From an uncultured delta proteobacterium (lineage in GTDB: Bacteria > Desulfobacterota > Binatia > UBA9968), in assembly GCA_963840855.1 (NCBI GenBank), contig CAWJBB010000079.1, positions 1 to 64,000 on the forward strand: DNA of 64,000 nt, in the 5' to 3' direction. A program made the translations under genes and the position numbers. Below the pieces are notes generated by a model, which worked only from the letters and a program-made list of their open reading frames with translations, did no database searches and was not told where the DNA came from. Below are positions 49,102 to 59,011 of the stretch, in pieces. Every line of letters starts with the position of its first letter. Positions within the stretch are counted from its first letter, which is position 1.

Positions 49102-50619
49102 TTAAAGGTGATTTTTGACGAACTCCGCCGCCCGTTCGCCGATCATCATGCTGGTCAGATTGGTGTTGGAATGCGCTACCGCCGGCATAATCGACGCGTC
49201 ACTGACCCAGAGATTTTCAATGCCGTGCACGCGCAAGCGTTGGTCCACCACCGCCATCCGGTCCGATGCCGGCCCCATCTTGCAGGTGCCGGCGCCGTGA
49301 AAATAACTCGTGTAACTGGAGCGCGCGAATTTGCTCCAATCTTCATCCGGGCTCGGCGAGAACAGCTCGCCGCAGAATTTATCCAACGGCGCAGTTTTCG
49401 CCAGTCGCTCGACGAATTTCATCGCCGACAGCATTGCCTGAATGTCCTTTGGGTGTTCCAACATCCGCGGATCGATGACCGGCAAGTCGCCCGCTTCCGC
49501 GCTTTGCAACGTGAGCCGCCCCCGGTTGGTCTGCTCCAACAAATGACAAGAAAATGAAATCATATCGCCGATGCCGGACACGGTGGTGATTTCGCGCAGA
49601 ATGATGTGAAAGTCGAGGTGCGCGCGCGCCGGGTCGCTTTTGAAATACATCTTGAGGGTCGAGCGGCCGCGCGCCTGGAGCTGTCGGCCGCCGGTCTTCG
49701 CCTTGAGCGTCATGGTTACCACCGGGTGATCCTGATAATTTTCCCCGACACCGTCCAGGGAGTGAACGACGGAAATTCCGTGACGCTCCAGTTCAGCCCG
49801 CGGGCCGATGCCGGAGAGCATCAGAATCTGCGGCGAATGATAAACACCGGCGCTGAGCACGATGCGATCACCCATGACCGTTTGTTCATTGCCATCTTTG
49901 CTGTAACGCACGCCTTCAGCTCTTTTCCCGTCAAGAATTAGCCCTGCCACCTGCGCGTCGCCGATGATCGTCAGGTTGGACCGCCGCCGCGCGGGTCCAA
50001 GGTAAGCGACCGCCGAGGATTGTCGCTTGCCATCCTTAATGTTGCGCGCCGTCGGCGCAATGCCGTGGGGGTTGGGCTCGTTTTGGTCATCGAACTTGGG
50101 AAGGCCGAGCCGCGTCACGGCCTCCAGCAAAGCTTGCTCCTGGCCCTCGAGTTGCGTGTCAAAGACATGTTTGCGCCCGACATAGATCGGGCCTGAGTTG
50201 CCGTGAATGGGACTATCTGGAAAGTCGTGATCCGATTCCATGCGCTTCAACACCGGCAGGACGTTTTCCCACGACCATTCGGGGTTGCCCTGCGCGGCCC
50301 AAGCGTCGAGATCGGCCTTGATCGGCCGCGGGATCGACATCATGTTGACTGACGAGCCGCCGCCCATGATTCTGCCGGCCAGCGAATAGAATTCGCTGCC
50401 GTCAAAATTGCGTTTGGTTGGATACATGAGAATGTACGGGCTTTCGAGAAGAACGTTGGTCGCCTGATCGGCGTCGAGCACGGTTTCCGGAATCGGCTGC
50501 GGATCAGGCCCCGCTTCGAGCAACAGCACCGTTCGGTTTGAATCCTCAGAAAGTCGTGATGCGATGACACAACCAGCGGAACCGCCGCCGGCGACGATGA
50601 CATCATAATGATCGGACAT
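49102..50619 (-). CDS. GMC-family oxidoreductase (choline dehydrogenase-like)
   Basis: GGGSAG..LLEAG, GGGSSVN, SPQILMLSGIG, GENYQDH, H..GTCKMG and DASIMP...NTN motifs. Confidence 0.93.
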   Translation of the reverse strand: MSDHYDVIVAGGGSAGCVIASRLSEDSNRTVLLLEAGPDPQPIPETVLDADQATNVLLESPYILMYPTKRNFDGSEFYSLAGRIMGGGSSVNMMSIPRPIKADLDAWAAQGNPEWSWENVLPVLKRMESDHDFPDSPIHGNSGPIYVGRKHVFDTQLEGQEQALLEAVTRLGLPKFDDQNEPNPHGIAPTARNIKDGKRQSSAVAYLGPARRRSNLTIIGDAQVAGLILDGKRAEGVRYSKDGNEQTVMGDRIVLSAGVYHSPQILMLSGIGPRAELERHGISVVHSLDGVGENYQDHPVVTMTLKAKTGGRQLQARGRSTLKMYFKSDPARAHLDFHIILREITTVSGIGDMISFSCHLLEQTNRGRLTLQSAEAGDLPVIDPRMLEHPKDIQAMLSAMKFVERLAKTAPLDKFCGELFSPSPDEDWSKFARSSYTSYFHGAGTCKMGPASDRMAVVDQRLRVHGIENLWVSDASIMPAVAHSNTNLTSMMIGERAAEFVKNHL

Positions 50620-50695
50620 TCGATTCTCCTAATCTCGGACTCGTCGCAATCGCATCTTATTCCTAGCCGCTCTCTTCATTGGCTCCTTTTGCTCT

Positions 50696-50796
50696 TCGAC
50701 CTTGCTCAGAGCGGTGAGTTTGTCGAACCACGCCTTTGCGCGTGATGCTCTCCCCATCGCCCTCCCCGCTTGCGGGAGAGGGAAAGGTGAGGGTCG
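50696..50796. repeat. Stacked REP-like palindromes
   Basis: ttcgac-cttgctcagagcggtgagttt-gtcgaa and ccctccccgc-tt-gcgggagaggg-aaaggtgagggt. Confidence 0.6.
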
Positions 50797-50971
50797 CGCC
50801 AAAAATTCCTTCTCCTCCGAGCAAGGCCGTTAAATTTAGTCATAACTTTTAGCAGATGACCGGGCGCTGCTGTCAAGGCTCCGTTAGGCCTCGCTGCTGG
50901 CGCATACGATCCGGCGATGACGAGTCACTCGCCCGCTTGAGGACTCCCAAGGGTTAGGATATCTTGCAGGA

Positions 50972-51205
50972 ATGGCAACGACGGTCGAACAGTTGGCGAA
51001 ACAGGCAATGGACCTACCGGCCGAATCGCGTGCGCGGCTTGCAGACCTGTTGGTGGAGAGCTTGGACGCGGAAGAACTTGGGCAGATCGACCGGCTGTGG
51101 ATTGAGGAAGCGCGGCGCAGGCGAGACGAAGTACGCAGCGGCCACGTCGAGACAATCCCTGGAGAAGAGGGGCTCCGAAAGGTGCGTGATGCCCTTCGCC
51201 GATGA
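50972..51205 (+). CDS. Addiction-module antitoxin (TIGR02574-like)
   Basis: LPAESRARLADLLVESLD...W.EEARRR..E..SG.V..IP.EE pattern. Confidence 0.88.
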   Translation: MATTVEQLAKQAMDLPAESRARLADLLVESLDAEELGQIDRLWIEEARRRRDEVRSGHVETIPGEEGLRKVRDALRR

Positions 51206-51501
51206 CATATCGATTCCACCCAGAAGCGCTCGAAGAGTATCGAGAGGCATCCCGCTACTACGCGGAGCGCGATCCAGCACTTGCGCTACGGTTTATCGAG
51301 GCTGTTGAGGACGCGATCCAACGCATTCTAGAAGCGCCAGAACGTTGGCGAGTTCTCGATGACGACGTTCGTCGCTGCCTTACGCATGTCTTCCCGTACG
51401 GAATCCTGTACACAATCGAAGCGGAATTCATCCTTGTTGTTGCTGTGATGCATGGCAGCCGCAAGCCGGGCTATTGGAAGGCGCGAGTCGGCACGTCCTA
51501 A
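51202..51501 (+). CDS. RelE/ParE-family toxin
   Basis: FHPEA.EEY.EA..YY, RRCL..FPYGILY and VAVMH..RKPGYW motifs; ATGA overlap with the antitoxin. Confidence 0.9.
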   Translation: MTYRFHPEALEEYREASRYYAERDPALALRFIEAVEDAIQRILEAPERWRVLDDDVRRCLTHVFPYGILYTIEAEFILVVAVMHGSRKPGYWKARVGTS

Positions 51502-51616
51502 AAATGCATTGAGAACGGGGCTCGCAATCTCCTCGCGGCTTGACCGAAGGTTGACTTGGACGCTTGAGACCTCGACTTTTGGACCTGTCCCCAAGGGCAA
51601 CCGAGGCACAAGTAAG

Positions 51617-52603
51617 ATGAACATCGATCTCCACTCTCATTTTTTTCCCGTTGAGGCGCTGCAAAATCCCGGCAAGTACCGGGATCGCGCGCCGAAAGTC
51701 GTACTGGAAAACGGCAAGTTGTCCGTTACGTCTCAGATCGGATTCCGCCCGGGGCTTGGTCCAGGCGCATACGATCCGGTGGCGCGGATCAAAGCGCTGG
51801 ATGAGATGAGCATTGATTTGCAAGCGATCTCGCCGTCGCCGATCTTGCTCTTTTACTGGGAAGAGCCGGCGGTGGCGGCGCATTTTTCGCGTAAGCAAAA
51901 CGAGGCGATTCAAGAGGTCGTAAAGAAACACCCCGATCGCTTCATCGGTTTCGGTAGCGTGCCGCTGCAGAGCGTTTCTGACGCCATCGCCATTGCGCAA
52001 GAAGCGAAAAGCATGGGGCTTAAAGGCCTGGAGATCGGCAACGCCGTTGGTGACAAACCCCTCGACGATCTCATGTTCGAGCCGTTTTTCGACGCGGCCC
52101 AGGAATTGGACATGCTTTTGTTCGTTCATCCGCTCGAAGGCGGATTGGACGCCGATGATCCGCTATCGCCGATTCTCGGCAACGTACTGCAATTCACTTT
52201 TCGCACGACGATGATGGTCGAGCGCATGATTCTCAAGGGCATGTTCGAGAAGTATCCCAATCTCAGGTTGTGCCTATCCCACGGCGGCGGTCTGCTCGCG
52301 TTCAACATCTGGCGTCTCGACCATTCTTATGGGCTGCGATCTGAATTGAGAAAACAGCTGCCGCGAAAACCTTCCGAGTATCTCAAGAAAATGTATTTCG
52401 ATTCCATCGTTCATTCGGCCACCGCTCTACAGTATCTGGTCAAAGTCGCCGGCGCCGACCGGGTTGTCATCGGCACGGATTACCCAATGGCGATGGGCGA
52501 CTTCGAGCCGGTCGCCAAAGTCAAGGAACTCGATCTTTCAACGCCGGAGCGCGAGCTGATTCTCGGCGGCAATGCGGCGCGGGCCTTGAATCTTGAGAAG
52601 TGA
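51617..52603 (+). CDS. Amidohydrolase family 2 (ACMSD-like decarboxylase/hydratase)
   Basis: IDLHSH, FVHP, LSHGGG and GTDYP motifs. Confidence 0.9.
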   Translation: MNIDLHSHFFPVEALQNPGKYRDRAPKVVLENGKLSVTSQIGFRPGLGPGAYDPVARIKALDEMSIDLQAISPSPILLFYWEEPAVAAHFSRKQNEAIQEVVKKHPDRFIGFGSVPLQSVSDAIAIAQEAKSMGLKGLEIGNAVGDKPLDDLMFEPFFDAAQELDMLLFVHPLEGGLDADDPLSPILGNVLQFTFRTTMMVERMILKGMFEKYPNLRLCLSHGGGLLAFNIWRLDHSYGLRSELRKQLPRKPSEYLKKMYFDSIVHSATALQYLVKVAGADRVVIGTDYPMAMGDFEPVAKVKELDLSTPERELILGGNAARALNLEK

Positions 52604-52736
52604 AGATAGCAACACCCTCGTGTCGCAAGCTCAATGCTTGACTGTCTCTCTTCGTCCTTGACGGGCACAAGTCACTTGGAATATGGTCCGTTTCGGTTTG
52701 CCATATTCGGTTTAATCCGTGACCAAAGGAGGTCCT

Positions 52737-53220
52737 ATGCCGGCATTAAGAGCCATTTTTCCAAAGCTCGCTTCTTGTAGGTGTCATTATCTTCACTTCA
52801 CTCGCCTCGGCGCAAAGCCCTTCGTACGGGCCCGATATCACCCTCGACGCCGCGAAAAAGCTTGCCGCAGGAGCGCTCGCCGAGGCGCAGAAAAATAAAT
52901 GGAACGTCGCCGTTGCGATCGTCGACAACCACGGCGCGCTCGTTTACTACGAACGCATGGACGATACCCAGAGCGCTAGCCCGGTGATCGCCATTGAAAA
53001 GGCGCGCAGCGCTGCGATGTTTCGCCGTACGACGCGGGCCATGGAGGACACGGTCAACAAGGGACGAACGTCGTTCTTGGGTATACCTCTTGCCACGCCA
53101 ATCGCCGGCGGGCTGCCCATCGTGGTCGCTGGAAAAATCGCTGGAGGCATCGGTGTGAGCGGCGTCACTTCAGATCAAGACGAGCAAGTCGCCAAGGCCG
53201 GCCTCGAAGGGCTGAAATAA
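52737..53220 (+). CDS. Exported GlcG/HbpS-family heme-binding protein, +1 frameshift in a T5 run near 52758
   Basis: GGAGG RBS plus ATG 52737; removing one T gives MPALRAIFQSSLLVGVIIFTSLASAQ..ITLDAAKK..AVAIVDNHG..RMD..AIEKARSA..GGLPI..GGIGVSG. Confidence 0.85.
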
Positions 53221-53222
53221 GA

Positions 53223-53999
53223 GTGCCGTTACTCTCTATTGAGGGTGTCCGCAAAGAATATCAGGTTCGAGGTAAACGGGTCTTGGCCCTCGACTCCGTG
53301 GATCTCAACATCGGTGAGGGTGAGTTCGTCACCATCGTCGGTCCGTCGGGCTGCGGCAAGTCGACCCTGCTGAACTTGATCGTCGGCCTGCTCCGTTCGA
53401 CCGTCGGGCGCATCGTTTTTCGCGGCAATCTCATTGACGGCATTTGCCCGCAAATCGGTTACGTTACCCAGAAGGACAATCTATTTCCCTGGCGCACCTT
53501 GGTAAAAAACGTCGAGATCGCGCTGGAAATTAGAGGCATCGACAAAAGCGCCCGGCGGCGCCAAGCGGAGGCATTGATCGAGCGCGTCGGCCTGCGCGGA
53601 TTTGAAGACCATTATCCCCATGAGCTGTCCGGCGGCATGCGCCAGCGCGCCAATATCATCCGCACGCTCATCTACGATCCGGAATTGATCCTCATGGACG
53701 AGCCTTTCGGCCCGCTGGACGCCCAGACCCGCATCGTCTTGCAGGATGAGCTTTTGAAGCTCTGGTCGGCGACTAATAAAACTATTATCTTCATCACCCA
53801 CGATTTGATCGAAGCGATCACCTTGGCGGACCGAGTCGTGCTGATGAGCTCCCGGCCCGGCCGGATCAAGTCTGTCGAGCCGGTCAACATCGCGCGGCCT
53901 AGAGACGTGTTCAAGATTCACGAAAGCGAGCAGTTTCGCGCTGTCCATGAAAAGTTGTGGAGAGAATTGCGCCCCGAAGTGAAGTTGGCAGAAGCGTAG
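53223..53999 (+). CDS. ABC ATP-binding protein (TauB/SsuB-like)
   Basis: GPSGCGKST, LSGGMRQR, MDEPF and ITHD motifs. Confidence 0.95.
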   Translation: MPLLSIEGVRKEYQVRGKRVLALDSVDLNIGEGEFVTIVGPSGCGKSTLLNLIVGLLRSTVGRIVFRGNLIDGICPQIGYVTQKDNLFPWRTLVKNVEIALEIRGIDKSARRRQAEALIERVGLRGFEDHYPHELSGGMRQRANIIRTLIYDPELILMDEPFGPLDAQTRIVLQDELLKLWSATNKTIIFITHDLIEAITLADRVVLMSSRPGRIKSVEPVNIARPRDVFKIHESEQFRAVHEKLWRELRPEVKLAEA

Positions 54000-54014
54000 A
54001 AAGGAGACTTCCTT

Positions 54015-55025
54015 ATGAAACAGTTCATGGCCATCGTTTGCGCAGCGCTTTGGTGCCTTGGCGTTGCGCTGTCGGCGGACGCGCAAGCGCCGAGACAAGT
54101 GAAAATGACGATTCCCGTCGTGGCCCACTCCATGACGCCGGTTTACATCGCCCAGAGCAAGGGGTTCTTCGCGGAGGAGAAACTGGAACCGGACATCACT
54201 TCCACGGGCGGCGGCGGGCCCGATATCCGGGCGCTCATCGCCGGCGATGTTGAATTTAGTTTTACCACCGGGGACAACGTGATTCTCGCCCAGCAAGAAG
54301 GCAAGAGACTCTTGATGGTCATGAGCGGCCTCAACAAGGTTTTTATCAATTGGGCGATGCACAGGGAGACGGCCAAGGCGAAAGGCATCACCGAGTCGAT
54401 GCCCTTGGCGGAGAAAATCAAAGCGCTCAAAGGGCTGACCGTGGGAGTCACCAATCCCGGCGCGCTGACCGCACACCTTGCCGCGTTCGTCATACGCAAG
54501 GCGGGCTACATCCCGCAGCAAGACGTGCAGATCGTTCCCATCGGCGCCGGGCCCACTTGGCTCGCCGCCCTGGAGAATCGCAAGGTCGACGTCGCCTTGA
54601 CCGCGCCGCCGGTGCCCGAGACCGCGATCAGCCGGGGTTTCGCGATCATGTTCATCAACAATGCCAAAGGCGAGGACCCGTCGATCCCTGAATTCCTCAT
54701 GGAAAATCTCATCGCTCGTCCTGAGACCGTCGCCAAAGATCCCGATCTCGTGCGCCGCATGGTGCGGGCGCTGACTAGGGCCAACCGATGGGCATTGCAA
54801 AATTCCGCTGAGCAGGTGGCCGACGCTCTCAAGCCATTCATGGCGAAGACGCCGCCCGAGCTGTTGTTGGCGGGGGCTGCCGCGGTGCTGCCGACCTTGA
54901 GCCCGGACGGCCGCACCAGCGAACGGAGCTTCCAGATAACACAAGACATCCTCGAACAGGCGGGACTCCTGAAAAAGCGCGTGTCCTACGCGGATCTCGT
55001 GACGAATGAGTTCCTGACCAAATGA
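54015..55025 (+). CDS. ABC substrate-binding protein (NMT1/SsuA-like, with signal peptide)
   Basis: Signal peptide; YIAQSKGFFAEEKL, ALIAGDVEF and LKGLTVGVT.PG motifs. Confidence 0.9.
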   Translation: MKQFMAIVCAALWCLGVALSADAQAPRQVKMTIPVVAHSMTPVYIAQSKGFFAEEKLEPDITSTGGGGPDIRALIAGDVEFSFTTGDNVILAQQEGKRLLMVMSGLNKVFINWAMHRETAKAKGITESMPLAEKIKALKGLTVGVTNPGALTAHLAAFVIRKAGYIPQQDVQIVPIGAGPTWLAALENRKVDVALTAPPVPETAISRGFAIMFINNAKGEDPSIPEFLMENLIARPETVAKDPDLVRRMVRALTRANRWALQNSAEQVADALKPFMAKTPPELLLAGAAAVLPTLSPDGRTSERSFQITQDILEQAGLLKKRVSYADLVTNEFLTK

Positions 55026-55807
55026 TCAGCCGCGGACGACTTTTTCTTTACCGGCTGATTTTCGGTCTCTTCCTGCTCGCTCTCTGGGAGTTGAGCTCAG
55101 GGCGATTGATCGATCCGTTTTGGGTATCGAGCCCATCGAAGGTTTTCATGTATATCTACGAAGTGTTTGCCGACGGCTCGATCTACGGCCACCTCGGGAT
55201 CACTCTCTACGAGACCTTTACCGGCTTTTTTATCGGCTCCATCTTCGGCATCGGACTCGGCTTTGTCCTCGGGCGCCGAGAAACCCTGGCGGATATCCTG
55301 GACCCTTATGTCGTCGCTTTTAACGGCATTCCGCGCATCGCGCTGGCGCCGCTGTTCATAATCTGGTTCGGTATCGGTCCGACTTCGAAGGTTATTCTGG
55401 TCATCAGCGTGGTGTTTTTTCTGACCTTTTTCAATACTTTTGCCGGGGTCAAGGGCGTGGATGCGGAGCTTAAGAACGTCCTGCGCATTATGGGGGCCAC
55501 GGAGCGCCAGATTCTCATGAAAGTCACCCTGCCGGCGATCGTGCCGTGGATCACCACGGGCCTAAAGATCGGCCTTCCTTACGCCATCGTCGCCGCCGTG
55601 GTGGGAGAATTTATCGCCGCCAGCAAGGGCCTGGGTTACCTGATCAATTACAACACGTCGCTTTTTTCGACTACAGGCGCGCTGGGCGGCATATTGATCC
55701 TCGCGCTCGTGGTCGTAGTGTGCAACGAGGCGATCAACCGCGCGGAATCCTATCTTCTGCGCTGGCGTCCGCGGGAAGAGAAAAAGAGCGAGGGCGAATT
55801 GTATTAG
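55022..55807 (+). CDS. ABC permease (TauC/SsuC-like)
   Basis: IPRIALAPLFIIWFGIG and VVGEFIAASKGLG motifs. Confidence 0.93.
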   Translation: MISRGRLFLYRLIFGLFLLALWELSSGRLIDPFWVSSPSKVFMYIYEVFADGSIYGHLGITLYETFTGFFIGSIFGIGLGFVLGRRETLADILDPYVVAFNGIPRIALAPLFIIWFGIGPTSKVILVISVVFFLTFFNTFAGVKGVDAELKNVLRIMGATERQILMKVTLPAIVPWITTGLKIGLPYAIVAAVVGEFIAASKGLGYLINYNTSLFSTTGALGGILILALVVVVCNEAINRAESYLLRWRPREEKKSEGELY

Positions 55808-55808
55808 A

Positions 55809-55933
55809 GCAGGCCGCTGAAAAAGACCCATATGCTTCGTTGCGCTCGACCGATTTCGCGTCAACGTACAGGAGTACGCCTCCGCTCATCGATCTTCGCG
55901 CGCCTTGCCTCTGGATCTTTTTGAGCGGCCTGC
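55809..55933. mobile_element. 125-bp MITE-like element with 18-bp terminal inverted repeats
   Basis: GCAGGCCGCTGAAAAAGA ... TCTTTTTGAGCGGCCTGC (1 mismatch); degenerate copy at 60025-60144. Confidence 0.7.
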
Positions 55934-56071
55934 AAAGAGCTTTCTTATTTGCAATTCGTGCGCTGCTGAAGCTTGCCACAGGCAACGGCGCGCACTGTTC
56001 GTGGTTCGGGTTAGAAAAACGAGCACGATCACGAGCAACGAGCACGACAACCAGCCTGCCAGGTGTGAAAA

Positions 56072-57514
56072 TCATTTTCCGAGGGCGCGCTTTAACACGC
56101 TTCTTTGCGCCTCGGTGGCGTCGCGAATCACCTGGGCGACGTCGATGGCGGTCAGCCGGCGGTCGCGTTTGAGGATGCGGCCATCGACGACGACAGTGTC
56201 GACGTTGAACGGCTGCGCCGACTGGACGATGAGCAGCGCGGGGTCGTAAAACGGCGCGGTATTCAAATCGTCGGTGCGAATGAGAATCAAATCGGCGCGC
56301 TTCCCTGGTGTGAGAGATCCGACACGGTCCGCGATGCCCAACGACTTGGCGCCGTCCAGGGTCGCTAATTCGACAACGCGCCGCGGCTGCACCTCCAGCA
56401 CATTCATTGAGCGCAAGTGGTTCAATTGCAGCGCCAGGCGCATGATGCCGAACATATCGACGTTGCCGCCTACGGTGGTCGTGTCAACCGAAAGACTGCA
56501 CTGCACGCCGCGCTTCATGAGATCGCCAAGATAGGGCAGCCCCGATGCCAGCCGCGACGCCGTGTAGGGCGCGACGCTCACCATCGTGCGCGTCTCGGCC
56601 ATGATCTGCCGCTCCTGTTCGGTGGCGTTGTAGGTATGAATCAGCAGCATGTCGGGTCCTAAAAGCCGGTCTTTGTGCAACATGCCGATGCGGCTGAATT
56701 TCTTGACCTCGCCGATGGAGCGGTTGCTGTGAATGGTGATCGGTAAACCGAGCTTGCGCGACAGCTCGATCTCGCGGCGGTAGACATCCGGCGGCGTGCT
56801 GCCCGGCCCGCGCGCGGCGAATCCCATCGTAATTAATGGATCGCCGGTCAATTCTTTTTTCACCCGTTCGATGTCGGCAAAGTTAGTGACCTGATCGGGC
56901 CGCTCCTGCAACTCACGGCTGTAGCCATAGGAAAAACGTGAGCGCACGCCGCTTTCGCGCAATGCGCGTAGATCCGCGTCCGCGTGCGCCGGCGTGCTGA
57001 GGTTATGCGACCAATCGTGAATCGTCGTCAGACCGGAGTCGAGCGCTTCAGCGATCCCCAAGCGCACGCTCCGGTAAGCAATGTCCGGCGTAATATCCGG
57101 GCCGATGCGCGTCATTACCGGGAAGTAGTCCATGTCGCCGTCACCAACCACGCCGCGAACGAAACAATTCCATAGATGGAAATGAGTTTCGACGAAGCCG
57201 GGCAGGGCGATCATGTTCCGCCCATCGATGGCTTCCGCTCCCGGCGCCGCTACTTCGCTGCCCACGGCGACAATTGCGCCGTTTTGCACATGAACGTCGC
57301 CGCGCGGCAAATCGCCGATCTTGGGGTCCATGCTCATGACGTAGGCGTTGCGCACGACAAATTCATCGCGCGGCGGCAGGCCGCCCGCGGCGGAGCGTCG
57401 CGCCGCGCCGGTCTGCGCCGGCGCGCAGCCAAACTGCCCGATCATCCCCGCGGCGCCCAGCGCAGCGCTCGCTCCCAAAAATCCACGGCGGCTAAATTTT
57501 CTGTCATCGTCCAT
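56072..57514 (-). CDS. Tat-exported metal-dependent amidohydrolase (SsnA/chlorohydrolase/deaminase-like)
   Basis: SRRGFLG Tat motif; PGFVETHFH, TIH, LIH, SVD and GSLTPGKRADL motifs. Confidence 0.88.
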   Translation of the reverse strand: MDDDRKFSRRGFLGASAALGAAGMIGQFGCAPAQTGAARRSAAGGLPPRDEFVVRNAYVMSMDPKIGDLPRGDVHVQNGAIVAVGSEVAAPGAEAIDGRNMIALPGFVETHFHLWNCFVRGVVGDGDMDYFPVMTRIGPDITPDIAYRSVRLGIAEALDSGLTTIHDWSHNLSTPAHADADLRALRESGVRSRFSYGYSRELQERPDQVTNFADIERVKKELTGDPLITMGFAARGPGSTPPDVYRREIELSRKLGLPITIHSNRSIGEVKKFSRIGMLHKDRLLGPDMLLIHTYNATEQERQIMAETRTMVSVAPYTASRLASGLPYLGDLMKRGVQCSLSVDTTTVGGNVDMFGIMRLALQLNHLRSMNVLEVQPRRVVELATLDGAKSLGIADRVGSLTPGKRADLILIRTDDLNTAPFYDPALLIVQSAQPFNVDTVVVDGRILKRDRRLTAIDVAQVIRDATEAQRSVLKRALGK

Positions 57515-57910
57515 GGCCAGATTTCTCCTTTGCGTCGCGCGGCCCCTCCGTTGCAATTCTCCTGCGCGAGGGCGCCCGTTAGGTTCGCCGTTTTTCTCCA
57601 ATAGCGCAGCGTATCGCAGCGCGTCAAACGATATTCCGCGTGTTCTGAATGCCACGCTCGGAACTCAGCTGCGATGGGTGCGAGAATCCGCTCGCCGTAG
57701 AGTCGAACCATAGACAGGCTTTTCAAAGGTCAGGCAGGTCTTTGTGACAGCTTCTTTGCTTGACAAAGAAGCGCGCCAGGGACTAGCGTTCAGCGAAACC
57801 CATAGTTAGCCGGTTGGGGCTTTCTGGCTGAGGAATTCTTCGCCAATTTGGAACATTGCCGGAATAATAGCGAGAGCCGTCGAAACCCAATTGGAAGGGA
57901 ACAACTGAAC

Positions 57911-59011
57911 ATGACGATTCGAGGCCGTTCTTCGACAATCGCCGGAACCACAACATGGGCTTTCATCGTAGCCACTCTTTTATCCACCGCAGGAGCATCC
58001 GTAGCGGCGAGCGTGGAGGAGGTGGCGCTGCTCAAGTCTGCCAACCGCGAAAAAGTCCTTATTGAAGGCGCGAAAAAGGAAGGCAAGGTCATGTTCTATA
58101 CCGGCCTCATCGTCGATCAGGTGGTGCGGCCGCTAAAGCAGGCCTTTGAAAAAGAATATCCTTATCTCCAGGTAGAGTTTTTCCGCGGCAACTCGGAGCG
58201 CATCGCCCAGAGAGTGCTCGCCGAATACCAGGCCAAGCGTTATGACGTCGACCTCATCAGCGGCAGCGCCGCGACGACCATGGTGAAGCAGGCCGGCTAC
58301 ATGCAGCGTTTTTATTCGCCCCATTTAGCGGAATATCCCGCCGAGCTCAAAGACGCCAAGGGTTTCTGGGGCACTACGAATGTTTATTTCATGACTCTCG
58401 GCTACAATACTCGCATGGTCAAAGCCGCCGAAGTGCCGAAAACCTACGAAGACCTGCTCCACCCCCGGTGGAAAGGCCAGATGATGTGGTCCACCAGTAC
58501 CGGCTCCGGCGCGCCGCAGTTCATCGGCAACATTCTGCTCACGATGGGGGAAGAAAAAGGCAAAGCCTATATACAAAAACTAAAAAGCCAGAATATCGCC
58601 AAGAGCACCGCCAGCGCGCGGCAGATACTCGACCTGGTGATCGCCGGCGAATATCCATTGGCAATCCAGATTTTCAATCATCACGCGTATATCAGCAAGC
58701 AAGCCGGGGCGCCGGTGGAGTGGCAGCCCCTCGAGCCGGTCACCGCCACGATCAATACCGTCGGCCTGGCGCGACACGCCCCGCGTCCTTATGCGTCGAT
58801 GCTGTTCCTCGATTTTCTGCTTTCGAAGAGAGGCCAGAAAGTCGTGCAACTTTCGAATTATCTCCCATCGCATCCGGAGATGCCCGCGCTCCAAGCAGAC
58901 CTCAAGCCGGGAGGCGGGCGAATCAAAAAAGCCCATTATCTAAGCCCGGAAATCATCCAGGACAAGAGCGACGCATGGGGCGATTATTTTCAGAAGGAAT
59001 TCATGAAATGA
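57911..59011 (+). CDS. ABC extracellular solute-binding protein
   Basis: Close paralog of 46725-47807 in inverted orientation (LIVDQVVRP.K.AFEKEYP, LKPGGGR). Confidence 0.88.
   Translation: MTIRGRSSTIAGTTTWAFIVATLLSTAGASVAASVEEVALLKSANREKVLIEGAKKEGKVMFYTGLIVDQVVRPLKQAFEKEYPYLQVEFFRGNSERIAQRVLAEYQAKRYDVDLISGSAATTMVKQAGYMQRFYSPHLAEYPAELKDAKGFWGTTNVYFMTLGYNTRMVKAAEVPKTYEDLLHPRWKGQMMWSTSTGSGAPQFIGNILLTMGEEKGKAYIQKLKSQNIAKSTASARQILDLVIAGEYPLAIQIFNHHAYISKQAGAPVEWQPLEPVTATINTVGLARHAPRPYASMLFLDFLLSKRGQKVVQLSNYLPSHPEMPALQADLKPGGGRIKKAHYLSPEIIQDKSDAWGDYFQKEFMK

Noticed and set aside
50883-51530. Integron cassette (GTTAGGC upstream of the RelE/ParE module)
   Set aside because: No convincing complementary RYYYAAC or attC hairpin and no integrase; a 7-mer match is expected by chance.
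57780-57905. Riboswitch in the leader of the 57911 binding protein
   Set aside because: Some hairpin potential, but no recognisable aptamer consensus (TPP, cobalamin, SAM, FMN or glycine).
58468-59007. Fusion of a 180-aa N-terminal extension to the LLM oxidoreductase
   Set aside because: The extension overlaps the binding-protein gene in another frame; an ATGA-coupled start exists at 59008.
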